DNA of 64,000 bases from Podarcis cretensis. Its lineage: Eukaryota. This document shows, piece after piece, positions 12,461 through 23,804 of the stretch (positions are counted from its first letter, which is position 1; each line of letters starts with the position of its first letter). The DNA lies in assembly GCA_951804945.1 (NCBI GenBank), contig OX638165.1, positions 27,528,001 through 27,592,000 of the forward strand, in the 5' to 3' direction. The translations under genes and the position numbers were made by a program. Under the pieces are notes generated by a model, which saw only the letters and a program-made list of their open reading frames with translations, made no database searches and was not told the DNA's origin.

Positions 12461-12728
12461 TCATTATTGCTAATTATAGATAGACATGATTCAATATGCT
12501 GAGTGCTTATGGGCAGGATGCTTAAGAGCAGCCTTTGCTGGCTGTGGCTGATGGGAATTGTAGTCCAACGTAACTGAAGTGTTCCAGGTTGACATATACT
12601 GTACAAGTAAAGGGGTAATTGAGTAATGTAAGTTAAACTTTTTTCTAGTCAAAAGGGTGGGGCTTAGATGTTGAACTAGGCTATCCATACACGTTTTCCA
12701 TCCCTTTGCTGAAGTGCCAGTCTATTAC

Positions 12729-12953
12729 CTTTAGAATAACCAAGGCGTTGTGATTTCTTCTTCCCAACCTTCAGCATCTCCTTGTTAATGTCACAAACCA
12801 CCACATGGGATCCTCCCAGGGACTGATGATCCTCTTCATGGTAAAGCTTGGTAATCTCCTGCCACGATAAATTCTGATGGGATCTCAGCTGCTGCTGGAT
12901 TCGTCGCTCCCGCTGGGAACGAACGTAATTGATAAACCGAAAGGCGATGTCTC
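12729..12953 (-). CDS. COQ5: COQ5 exon 3
   Basis: GDIAFRFINYV...SHVVVCDINKEMLKVGKKKSQRLGYSK; GT-AG, phase 1 to 1. Confidence 0.96.
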
Positions 12954-13867
12954 CTGCATTAGTTTTGAAAGGAAGACTCACAATGTGGGATTCTTCCCTA
13001 AAATTCAATGCTTAAGCATTGTAAGGGCACTAACGTACTACACTAGGAGTTTCTGTAGTCATTCATTCTCAAGCTGCATTCATTTATTCAACCTAGGAAG
13101 AACATTCAGCTCCAAATGCCAACTGTCCTGAGACTGTCCAGAGGAAAGCACAGTCCAATTTCAGCAGCACTCAGGAAAGGTTGTGCATAGGAAGCTGCCT
13201 TATGCTGAATCAGCCCATTGGCCCATCTAGTTCAATGCTGCCTACACTGTTCTGGCAATGGCTCTCCACAGTTTCAAGCAGGGAGTCTCTCCCAGTCCTA
13301 CCTTTGAATGCAAAGGAGACGCTTGAGCACTGAGTCAAGGCCCTTTCCCAAACAACCAGAGGACTAAACGTTTCAGGGTAAAGCATGTGTGTGTTCAGTA
13401 TCTTGTATTATTGCAACCTTGTGCAAAACCAAGTTGAGAACCACTTGATGGAAAGTATTCTAAATAATAAAAAAGCACCACGTCCACCCACTTTCCCGAA
13501 GGTCATTCCCTCTGAGATTGTGTGACTTGGTGCCAAATAGATCTGCAGAGGATTGTACTACCGTTAATTACTTGTTTCAGTCATTAACACCCCTTCATCA
13601 GAAGCTCCCAGGAATGTATACAGAAGTGTGACTAAACCAGCTTTCCCAACCTAGTGCTCTTCAAGTGATTTGGACCACAGCTACTGTCATCCTTGATCAT
13701 TGATCATGCTGGCTATGGCTAATAGGTCCAATGAAATCTGGAGGCCAGTAGATTTTGGAAGTCTAGAATAACCCTGATTCACACACAACATATAAATACA
13801 ATTTAGAAACCAACAAATAAGCTTAACAAAACACACAAAAATAACCTGCAAAACTAAAAAGTGAACA

Positions 13868-14041
13868 GGAAGGGTTGTAGCTCAGTGGTAGAGCATTTTT
13901 TTTTTTAATGCTGACAGTCCCAATTTCAATCCCTGACATCTCCTGGTAGGGCTGGGAAAGACAATACTTGAAACCCTGGAGAGCCATTGCTGTTGGTCAG
14001 CACAGACTAGTGGTCTGACCCAGCAAAAGGCAGCTTCCTAT
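13868..14041 (+). mobile_element. tRNA(Ala-like)-derived SINE
   Basis: ggaagggttgtagctcagtggtagagca..caatttcaatccctg..aaggcagcttccta; related copies at ~13188-13345(-), 14530-14580(+), 49745-49935(-), 52232-52412(-), 57430-57560(-), 57616-57763(-), 58672-58790(-). Confidence 0.65.
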
Positions 14042-14291
14042 AATCCGTTGCTCACCCCCAACTCCAGAGCAATAAATTGAATAACATTAATCTCTTCACA
14101 ATACAGATTGTTGGGGATTGCTCACTTCCCAGAGGCTGCTAACAGTCAGGGTTGACAAATCTGAGCTAGGTGGACCAAGGCTCTGTATAAGGCAGCTTCT
14201 TAAGTTCCTAAAAAATAAATGACTATACACATGGTCTCAAACATGGAGCTAAAGCTCCTTAAAAGATGCCTATGAACAACATGAGTCTCAC

Positions 14292-14441
14292 CTGTCCCTC
14301 CAGCAACATCAAGCAACTGGCTTCCAGGGTAAGGGTTCATTTGATGCAGCAGGTTGTCCTTCCAAAGACGATGGATTCCCAGACTCATTGAATCATTCAT
14401 TAAATCATACTTCTTAGCCACATTTTCAAAAACTTGGTAAA
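14292..14441 (-). CDS. COQ5: COQ5 exon 2
   Basis: [37 protein letters not shown] (UbiE/COQ5 signature, SAM motif I). Confidence 0.97.
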
Positions 14442-14599
14442 CTGAAAAAGATAAATGCATCACTGATCATGATCAAATAATGTGTTGATTACATTGCCAC
14501 ATATTGCAAGATACTTTTTTTTTCTTTCAGGGAAGGGCTGTAGCTCAATGGTAGAGTATCTGCTCTGGCAGATGCTGTTTTCTCTTCTAGAAAGATTCC

Positions 14600-15185
14600 T
14601 GTCACTGCTCTGTTATACATTATCTATATGGGGCTGCCCTTAAAAATGGGCTGGAAACTGTGGTTGCTTCCAAATGCTACTGTGAGAACGCTCAAGTAGG
14701 CTCACACAATTTCTGAAAGCTTTTCCCAGTTACCTTTCCTGCCCCCATTTAAGGTGTTGACTTTTAACATATAAAGTCCTAAATGACTTGAGACCTGGAT
14801 CTTTGAAAGAGCACCTCTCCCAATATAAGTCTGCCTCATGGACCCACTTATAGGTGAGGTACACTGTGTGATGATATAGGACAAGACCTTTTCTGTGTTG
14901 ACACTCAAACTACAACATTCCCTCCCTCCTGTCAACTGGAGCCATCATTGGCTATCCTCCTGGAAAACTCAGTTCCTGCATGGTGTAAAACCAGTTTGTT
15001 AGCCTTTAGTTTGCCACAAGACTCTGTTGCATCACTGAATATTCAGTTTATGTTAAATCCTGATTAATTTTATACATTTTGTTGTATGTCACTGAATGTT
15101 CAGGTAACTTTAATTTTGTATGCATTTTATGCATTTGTTCTTCTAATCCTCCCAGGGTCACAAATGTGATAAAGGGCAAAATAAA
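14600..15185 (+). mobile_element. Old degraded L2 3' fragment
   Basis: Patchy similarity to the 3' part of the intact L2 (tatatggggctgcccttaaaa.., aaagtcctaaatgac.., aagaccttttctgtg); boundaries approximate. Confidence 0.55.
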
Positions 15186-15499
15186 ATCATGGTGTTAATA
15201 GTTATAGTGTTAAACTAGGGTCTGGAATACCCATTCAGCACTGGGTGACCCTTGGACCTCTCACAGTCTTGTATCCAACTATATTTTACTCAGAGTATGC
15301 CCACTGATTTTAGTGTAGTATAAATGTTATAATAAATAAAAACAAAACAAAAGGATACTTATTCTATTGTAGTTTCATGCTACCTTTAATATATGTGTTA
15401 TTTATTTACTGCTGTAAGTCATTTTGAGTTACTTTTGTAAAAAAAAAAAAGAAAGCCAAAAAACCGACTGACAATTTTAAACATAACAAATAAATTAAC

Positions 15500-15905
15500 C
15501 CTCCGCCTCCGCTCAGCCGAGGCCTGGCTACTCCCTTCGGCCTAGCTCACCCTTCTCGCTTTTCTCCGACTCAGACACAGTCTGGAACCCGAAATGCGTC
15601 TCTCCGTCGGTGGCCGGGCGCTGTCCCCCGCTGCACAGGCCCCGAAGGAGGCGAAGCACCCTCTGCCCGCGGCAGCAGCCGTCCCAAACCCTGCGGGAGC
15701 CGCCAACCATGGAGGCCGCCATCTTGCTAGGTGTCGCAATGGTTCTACGTCACCTTTCATTGTAGCTCCGCCCATTCTCAAAGGGAGGCGGAGAGGGCGT
15801 GAACCACGCGCACGGACTCGTTCCTCCTTAGACACCGACGTCATGGGCATCGCCAACATCGGAGGGAATTGTTGGGGCGTTTTCAAGACTGGTCTAACCA
15901 CCGCT
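15500..15905 (-). promoter_or_regulatory. COQ5 CpG-island promoter
   Basis: CpG-dense; YY1/TISU at 15715-15726, CRE-like tacgtcac (~15747) and cgacgtca (~15836), GC boxes (~15766, ~15783). Confidence 0.75.
15551..15722 (-). CDS. COQ5: COQ5 exon 1 (mitochondrial presequence plus ETHFGF motif)
   Basis: MAASMVGGSRRVW...GETHFGFQTVSESEKSEK; donor gtgagc at 15550; in a CpG island. Confidence 0.95.
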
Positions 15906-16379
15906 GTGAATTGCCATAGCTATATAATAATGATAGCCACTGTTCAGACGTAATTAAGGCGTGGATGTAAAATTAGGTATCTCCTCTTATGCAAACGACA
16001 TGTGAATTTGCTTAAGGCCAAAATTCCGTGTGCAGTTTTTTTGGGGCTAAATTCTGTGGCTGTCAGAGGAACTTACTTGCAAGTGTAAAGAATGGGGGGT
16101 AAAATATACAAAAGGCTGAATTCATTTGGGCTTGTTTCTGAATAGATACATATACGGTCACACTGAAAATGCTAAATTATGCCTACTTCGGACGATGCAA
16201 ATGCATCGTGATCGTCTTACCAACTTCTCATGATGAGACACAGTTTAATGTGGTACCCAGCTATACCACATCATGGAGGACTCTTCAGCACAACTGCGGG
16301 GTGAAATGAAAGTTTGTGCATGACGATCATAAGGACCGCAATGCAATCTAAAACAACTCTCCCTGTACTGCAAGAACAG

Positions 16380-16665
16380 AAGAGCTCTATGGCGTATTAA
16401 AGACTAACAAATCTACTGTGGCACAAGCGTTTATGGGCTAGCGCTCACTGATAATTCTGTTTGTAAGAGGGAGACGGCTTCACTGTCCCCCATAAAACAC
16501 CATATGCATCAGATTTATAGCAGTTTATAAATGCTTTTATATATCTACCTGTAATTCAGTATAACAATTCATGTATCTGATGAGCTGTCTTAACAGTCCA
16601 CGAAAGGTTATGCCGCAATACTGCAAATTTGTTACTTTTCAAGACTCCACAAGACTATTGTGCTG
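16380..16665. mobile_element. Penelope-like element terminal remnants, inverted pair
   Basis: ttaaagactaacaaat..ggcacaagcgtttatggg (16398-16437) mirrors ccacgaaaggttatgcc..atttgttacttttcaagactccacaagact (16598-16656); resembles reptile PLE termini as I recall them. Confidence 0.5.
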
Positions 16666-17314
16666 GCTATACTATCGCGGCTTTGGCACCAAGAGACATT
16701 AAAGGACCCCTGACAGTTAAGTCCAGTCGGTACTACAAATCCCATGACGCGATGCGGCAAGGTCCAGCTGCAAACCAGAAGCGTTGCTTTTATTTTTGTC
16801 CTCGGTCCTCTCAATAAAAGGCGAGGCCCGACGCAGGGACGAAGAGAGCATGCCGGGAGCTGTAGTTTCCCCGCGTTCCGATTCTGTTCCGTCAGTAGAG
16901 GGAGAAACGACAAAGCCCAGCGTGCCTTGCGACGGGCCGAGGCTGGCCCCTCCCACCTCTCCCAAACAGCCTCATCCGGGCCCTTGGCCGTCACTGTGGT
17001 CGGCGATTCGTCGCCATTACAGGGCAGCGGCGGCAACGGTCGTGCGGAGAGAGAGAGAGGCTGAGGCGGCCCGGGGGGCTTCCCTTGGGCGGCGACACTG
17101 CGGCCTTCCCGACGCCCTCGAGCCAAGGCCGGGCCGGGCCTCGCGGGGCTCCGTCCCTCCTCGCCGCCTCCTCTCTCTCGGCCGCCGCCGCCGCCGCTCC
17201 GTCCGCGGGGCCCCGCAGGCCCGGCCGGCTCCCCCGCCTCCCCCTCCGCCTCTGACTCGGCTCTTGAGGCCTACCTGTCTCCGTTTCCCTCTTCAGGGCG
17301 AAGCCGTGAGGAAA

Positions 17315-17326
17315 ATGTCGCCATGA
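17315..17326 (+). other. RNF10 uORF1 (Met-Ser-Pro-stop)
   Basis: gaaaATG TCG CCA TGA; A at -3. Confidence 0.55.
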
Positions 17327-17601
17327 AGGTGGCCGAGACGACTGCGCTGCGCCGACCCCGCCGCCGGGCCATGAGCCTGGGCCTCGGCCCCAGCCCCAGC
17401 CGCCGCCGCCGCCTCCTCCTCCTTCGCAGTCTCCGCAAGAGCGCCTCCGCGGCGCCCGTGAATGCTCCAGAGCGCGCCCGTCGCAGCAACAGCAGCTCCA
17501 GCCCACGACGTGATGGACAAGAGCAACCCCTGCGGCTCCGGCCTCGGCGCCGGCTCCTCTTCCTCGGCGTCGGCAGGCAAAGGGCAGCAGCCCCGCTCTA
17601 A
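17323..17601 (+). other. RNF10 overlapping out-of-frame uORF2 (92 aa, Arg-rich; second in-frame ATG at 17371)
   Basis: gccATGa at 17323 and 17371; frame differs from the main ATG 17462 and runs 140 nt into the CDS. Confidence 0.5.
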
Positions 17602-17642
17602 CTCGGCCGGCCCGGCCGGGGGAGAGTCCAAGCCCAAAGGCG
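17462..17642 (+). CDS. RNF10: E3 ubiquitin ligase RNF10, exon 1
   Basis: MLQSAPVAATAAPAHDVMDKSN..KGQQPRSNSAGPAGGESKPKG; donor gtaagg at 17643. Confidence 0.93.
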
Positions 17643-17681
17643 GTAAGGGAGTTAGTTGGGCAGGCTTCCAGTTTGTGTGTG

Positions 17682-17860
17682 TGGTGGTGCGGTGGTTAGC
17701 CTGCCGGGCTAGGACCTGGGAGACCCGGGTTCGAATCCCCACTCGCCCTGGGACCAGGCACAACCTGAACAAGCTAGCCGGGTTGTTGCAGGTATTGAAG
17801 GAAGAGAGCCCATGTGTGTTATCTTTAGCTTCTTAGAGGAAAAGGTGGGCTATAATGCAA
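17682..17860 (+). mobile_element. MIR/Ther1-like tRNA-derived SINE in RNF10 intron 1
   Basis: tggtgcggtggttag A box, ggttcgaatcc B box, then gggttgttg.. CORE-like body. Confidence 0.55.
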
Positions 17861-20800
17861 GCCATCGTTAAAATACAGGGTAGCACACAAGTCTTGCTCT
17901 TCAGTACCCTATAGGAACTTTCTGCCACAAGAAGGTGGAGGTGCTGGGGGAAAGTTCTCTTCTTTCAGTGTTCCTGGTGTGTGACCAAATCCCACAGGTG
18001 CCTCATGTCCTGAAAGTGGCTTTTTGGGCAGGTATGAATTATTTTAAGTTCCACAACATCTTGCAGATTTCCCCGGTCTTGGTGTATATAGGACTGCAGC
18101 CATAAACATAAGTTCAGGACAGATAAAATGCCAGGTATTCAGGACAGACAGAAGAAAGTACTTGTTCGTGCAGCCCTTTTTTAACTGTGGAACTCACTTC
18201 CATAGGGGGGTAGGGATGGCCACAAACTTGGATGGCTTTAGAAGAAGCATAGATAAATTCACAGAGGAGAAAGCTATTAGTGGTTACTAGCCATAGTGGC
18301 TGTGCTCAACCTCCACTTTTAAGAGGCATTATTTCTCTGAATACCAGTTACTGGGAATTGCAGAGGGGAGAGTGCTCTTGTGTTCCACTCTTCTTGGGGG
18401 TTTCTCTTTGGAGCATCTGGATGGCTATTAGCGAACATGATGTTGGACAACATGGGTCAGTGGCCTGATCCGACAGGGTTTTTCTTATGTTCTCAATCTT
18501 AGGTTCAGATTATGTGGTCAAGATGCTAATCTAAAGCTGAATGCATCCAATGATTCTTTTAATTCATCTGCAGCTGCTCTTTGGCTCCTGCCTGTGTCTC
18601 TCATCGTATTCTGCATTTTCCATTAGTTCCCTCTCTGCAGGAATATGGTCTTTGAAGTCCAAAGTGTATTTGTTATGAAGTCTGGGTTCTTGTTTACACT
18701 GTATTTATAACCAAAATTGGAAGCAGTGCTGTGTTTGGATTGATGATACACTGAATTAATGGTTGGTTGCTGCTGCTAAAGAATGTAGTGTGGAGATAGA
18801 AGGTTTGGGTGGAGCAAGTGCTACTTCTGACTTTCACAGACCATGTGTCCTGGCACTGATTATATTCTAATCTGCATAGCTAGTTGTGCAAGTGGCTGAT
18901 TCTGAGTACGTAATCCTCAAATACTGCTAAGGTCAGTGTAACATGCAGTTGCACTATTATTGTGACCTTTTACTTGGCTGGCAGTTAGCAAATGTCTTTC
19001 ATAAAAAACACCCTTCTTCCATACGTGATTCAAGCTGCAAAAGTCACCTGTATGGCTTGTAAAGGAATCTAATTACTCCCTCCCCACTTGTAGTTAGCTG
19101 TTTAGCTATTTGAGTCTTAAGTTTGTAATTAGCAAACTATGATTATCCATTATTATTGTAGGCTTAAAGGCAACTTTTGACATTTGTTGGGCTCCAAGTG
19201 CTATTAACATAAATCAGCATAGCCAAATCTCTGGGAGCTCCAGAGGTTCCCCATCCCTCATATATCTAGACCCCTGAGTCTCACTTGTCAGTGGTATGGA
19301 AATAATTAAGATATCACAACAGCTGGATGTTGGTAAAGGTCTTGATTATTAGTCTGGGATATGTTTATTGGGCGTATCTCCATTGCCTAGTTGAAATAAT
19401 AAGAAAAAAGAAGGACGAGTTGCAGTAAGCTTTAGGTTTTTACGCTGCCCACTCCTCTCTGCACAGCCAGGAGAAAGTATGGAAGGTTTTTTTTCTGTTT
19501 CCTATTGAATACAGGTTGCTGTGCTGTCTGGACTCAGAACTGTAGTTAATCTTCACTATAGTTGGTTTAAACAAGCTGCAGTTTGAAGTTGGCTTGTTGA
19601 ACCTAAACCATAGTTAACATAAGTGCAGTTTATTGTTGCAGAAAGTATGGCTGCTGTGGTTAACCCATTGCAAAAGCTTTCAACCTTTTTCTCCTAGCTG
19701 CACAGAAAGGAGTGTATAAGCCCAGTGTACTGCTGAGGTTCCTTCAGTTTGTTTACATCACAGGAAACTAACCATTTAGCATGATGTGCATATACAGCCA
19801 ATTAATAGAGAGGTCTGACCTAAAATCTCATTCATAATGGCCAGCACTCCATCAAATAACAAGCAGTATAACAAAATACAATGGCATGGTAAAATTTCTG
19901 CATGCTGAAAAATATCTATGGAGAATACAGTAATACTGAAGTTCAATATGTGCATACTGTGGTAGCCAGCATGGTACTCTCCAGATGTTGTGAGCTAAAA
20001 TTCCCATCTTCCTTGACCATTAGCCATGCTGTCTGGAGCTGATGCATGCTGTAGTCCATAACATCTGGACAGCATCACAGTAGCTACCCCTGACGTAAGC
20101 TGTATTTGCTGAGGTTGTGTGACTAGCTGAAAATATATGACTGACTAAAGTGCTCTTGGCACAGGTAGGAGCGTGAGGATATCAGACTTTTTTGCCCTAT
20201 CTTTATAGTGTGTATCAGCCATGTGGGCTCCTGGATCAAGTGATCACTATCCTCTTTCCTAGCTGTAATTTCTTCTTTCGGATTATTCTGCATGAGTCAC
20301 TACAGAACTAGTGGCAGTAGAGGCAAAGGTTTATCTTCCTGGAACAAGTTTTTAACATGATACTGCAATATATGCAAGAGATATGATTTTGTTCAACAAA
20401 TGTCCACTATATGTTCAACTGGCTGCTCTTGAAGGGGAGAAAGCTTCAGCATACAAATAAACAATTCACATTTAAAAAGACAAACGTTGCTCCTATGGAA
20501 CTGTTTACAAACAGATCTATTTACTATAGACAGGCTCAATCACATGGTCTAATGCCAACTATATGTTCACTAGCAGTTTTCTCTTGGCACAATTTAAAAC
20601 AATGAATAATACAAACCACTGAGACTGCAGTCTTTTACCAAGTTAATTGGTAGTAAACCCCACTGAATTCAATGGGACTTGCTTTTCAGTGGACGTGTAT
20701 AGAATAGCACTGTTAAAACAGCAGACAAATATTCAAGTAGCTTTTTCTGGGGATGAGTAGTAACAAAGCCCATAAAACAATGTGGATGCATCCTTGCAAT

Positions 20801-21046
20801 AACTAAACATGTATTTTGTTGCTTCTGTGAATTTTCGGGTTGCATGTGGTGTTCTGCTCTTGATAAAGCTTCTCCTGGGTTATCCTGCTGACTTTTTGTC
20901 GCTTTAACATGGTATATGCTGCATGTTGCAGTAGGGGTTACTTGAAGGTGATTAGCTTAGTTGTAGTCAAGATTCCATTTTCCAGCCCTGAGACTCTGAA
21001 CTTGGATTGCTTTTTTAAAAAGCCACTGCTTTATCTCTTTTTCTAG

Positions 21047-21252
21047 ATGGAAAAAACGCAAGTGGATCCAAACAGCGTTATAATCGTAAACGAGAAACTT
21101 CGTATCCCAAAAATGATAACTTCGCCAGCCAATCCCGTCGCTCCTCTTCACAGAAAAGCAAAGCTTTTAATAAGATGCCCCCTCAGAGGGGTGGCCATGG
21201 CAGTGGCAGCAAACCTTTTAGCTCTTCTTCTAATGGTGGAAGACGAGATGAG
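21047..21252 (+). CDS. RNF10: RNF10 exon 2
   Basis: [38 protein letters not shown]; phase 1 to 0. Confidence 0.96.
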
Positions 21253-22317
21253 GTGAGAATCTTTCTCGCTGGACCAGCCATATTTCTTGGGATGGGATGA
21301 TTGCATGGTGATGCTACATATCTTGTGTAGAATGTGCTTGTGTTCTTTTGCTGTGTTCTGAAAAATGGGAAAGGATCATGTATAGTGATTTTTACCTCAT
21401 CTTCAAATCTAAATTGGTGCCAACAGCTGTGGAGGAAGCTAGAATAGCAACTAGAAAGTGTTGTGCCATAAGTTCTTTCCTTTACCTGTTAGGAAGCTTA
21501 TCTTCAATTGCTGCCCCTTATCCAGGGGTGGCTAACATCTGGCCCTTTAGATGTTGTCCTTCAGTTGGCATAGCCAGTGATCAGGGGTGATGGGAATTGT
21601 AGTCCAGCAGCATTTGCAAGGTCACGGGATGTCTACCCTTGTTCTTATCCCTAGTGCTATAGCTCAGGTAGAAATTCCATTTTTAAAAACATCAAAACCC
21701 TTCTTTTATGCAGACACAATGGGACATGACATGCCTAAAGTACCACAAATAGTGTTTTGTTTTGATGACTCTGTAGTGTGTTAAGTTTTGCTTGTACAAC
21801 TAGCAGAAATATATGTAAGGAATGGATGAAACTGTTGAAAGATCTACATTTGTGTCTCCATATCTGACCCGGCCTCTTCTGCTGCTGGAATTTATCTGAC
21901 AGACCAAGTAATCTGTTTATTTGAAATATCAATTGGTATTTCATGCTGTAAAGTGTGCTCAATATAGGCCTTACAAGTAAGTTAGCAATTGTGTGGGAAG
22001 TAATCTCAGATGTTTGGTTTGTAGTTTATCGAATTTGATGTAAAATTAATTTTTCCGTGTGTTGATACTTGTGGAATAAGAGTTGTTTGAAACTGCCTGA
22101 CTGCCTGAATTGAATTGCTGTCTGAATTGAGCCTCCAAACCACTGAAGGTGTTACTCCTATTTGTGTACTAAATCTTACAGTGCAGCAGTCTTTTATAGT
22201 AAATGCTCTTTGGACATGTGTTGCCTACACTACACACCAGTGCAAAATATGTTTATGTGGCACAGCTTTTAAAAATTGTTTTATTGGTGCATTCTAAGTG
22301 ACTCATTGTCTTTTCAG

Positions 22318-22514
22318 GTAGCAGAGGCCCAGCGGGCAGAGTTCAGCCCTGCCCAGTTCTCTGGACCCAAGAAAATTAGCCTGAACCACTTGCTGAACTT
22401 CACCTTTGAACCTCGTGGCCAAGCAAGCTACGTTGGGAATGGCCGCGGCAGTTGGGGCAAGAGGAACAGATGGGAGAACAAACCTTTCAGCAAGGAGCTT
22501 TTCCTACAGGCCAA
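22318..22514 (+). CDS. RNF10: RNF10 exon 3
   Basis: [43 protein letters not shown]; GT-AG. Confidence 0.97.
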
Positions 22515-23158
22515 GTGAGTGGGAGGTCAACACAAGGTTGTGGTTGCCTTTCATATGCCCAAGGGAGAACGAGGCCAGCAAAAATCAAGGCAAAGAAAAA
22601 TGGAAAATGTATTCATTTTCTTACATTGCTATGATTTTGGTGAAACTTCTGTGATTATATTGTTTTGCTGTTTTCCCAGTTTAATGAGACTTTATGTAGC
22701 AGTCTCTACTTGGAAGGTTTTGTGGGCAGAAAGACCAAGGAATGATTCATTGTGCACTTTTAAATTTTATGCTCTGGTTTCTATAGACACTTTAGAAGCC
22801 TTTTGTAATAGTAATTCCGAGAGTAAGTTGAGAAGTAAGCCTTGAAAGGTAACAATTTAAGGAAATGAAGGCATTTTCAATATTTCTTCTTTGATACCAT
22901 GTTATTCTTTATTAAATCTGTAAGTGTTGGATTGGCTTCCTGCATTAAGTTGATCCACCTACCGGTAATACTGTAATATGGCAGAGGTGACTAACCTGTT
23001 TTCTTTCAGATGTTGCCAGGCTATAATTGCTACCATTTCTGACCATTGGCCATGATTCCTGGGGCTGATGGGAGATGGGAGTCAAACATCTGTAGGGCCA
23101 TAAGCTACCCACCCCTGTACTAATGCGATTCTGCTATTATTTTTTATGTTGTCCTATC

Positions 23159-23695
23159 TAGTGATGTGATGTGAGAATATTCTCTGCTAGAAAATTCTCC
23201 AGAGAATATTCTCCACAAACTGTAAATTCTAATGTAAGAACCAGTTTTACAGCACGCATTAAATTTTTTTAGTAAATAATAAGTCAAGCTGTGATATTGT
23301 CAGTGTAAGTAATGAATAATTGTTTTTTTAATCCATTATACATACACAACATAATTAGAATTCAAAGTTGATGGTAAATATACGGTTAGTGGCAGGCTTA
23401 GTGATTAACGTGAGTCATTCAGGTTTAATTTTCAATTTCAGGTTTGATGCAAAAAATCAAAGAATGTGAATTCGCTGCATTGCCCCATTGAATAAAAGTA
23501 TCTGTACAGTTTTTGGTTGCCATCTGAACAAGTTTACCCATGAATAAACATGTATATTAACTAATTATATCATTTTCAATGCATTAAAATGAATATTCTC
23601 CTATTTTAAATGAAAATTCTCTAATATTTTCATTAATCAAGAATATTCTTGAGAATATTCTCCAAAAGATTATTCTTGAGAATTTAACATCACTA
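23159..23695. mobile_element. hAT (Ac-like) non-autonomous element with GAGAATATTCTC subterminal repeats
   Basis: TIR TAGTGATGT..ACATCACTA; degenerate 8-bp flanks gtcctatc/gtcttaca; AT-rich interior. Confidence 0.65.
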
Positions 23696-23804
23696 GTCTT
23701 ACATAATTGTGATCCTGAATACCTGTATTTCTGGATTCTTTTCAGATAGCTTAGCATCAGATAAGTATTCAATATTTTCTGGTTTTTCTGTGTTTGCTTT
23801 CCAG

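Larger units (their letters stand above)
16730..17760 (+). promoter_or_regulatory. RNF10 CpG-island promoter and GC-rich 5' leader
   Basis: Very high CpG; inverted ZNF143/THAP11-type motifs actacaaatcccatga (16732-16747) and gcatgccgggagctgtagt (16848-16866); (GCC)n runs at ~17182-17196 and ~17399-17413. Confidence 0.8.

Noticed and set aside
17682-17750. tRNA gene in RNF10 intron 1
   Set aside because: No coherent anticodon or acceptor stems; followed by a MIR-like body.
16632-17772. Long overlapping ORFs (159-180 aa) on both strands of the RNF10 CpG island
   Set aside because: Expected from stop-codon scarcity in GC-rich DNA; low complexity with no recognisable domain. Only the ATG-initiated sense uORFs were kept.
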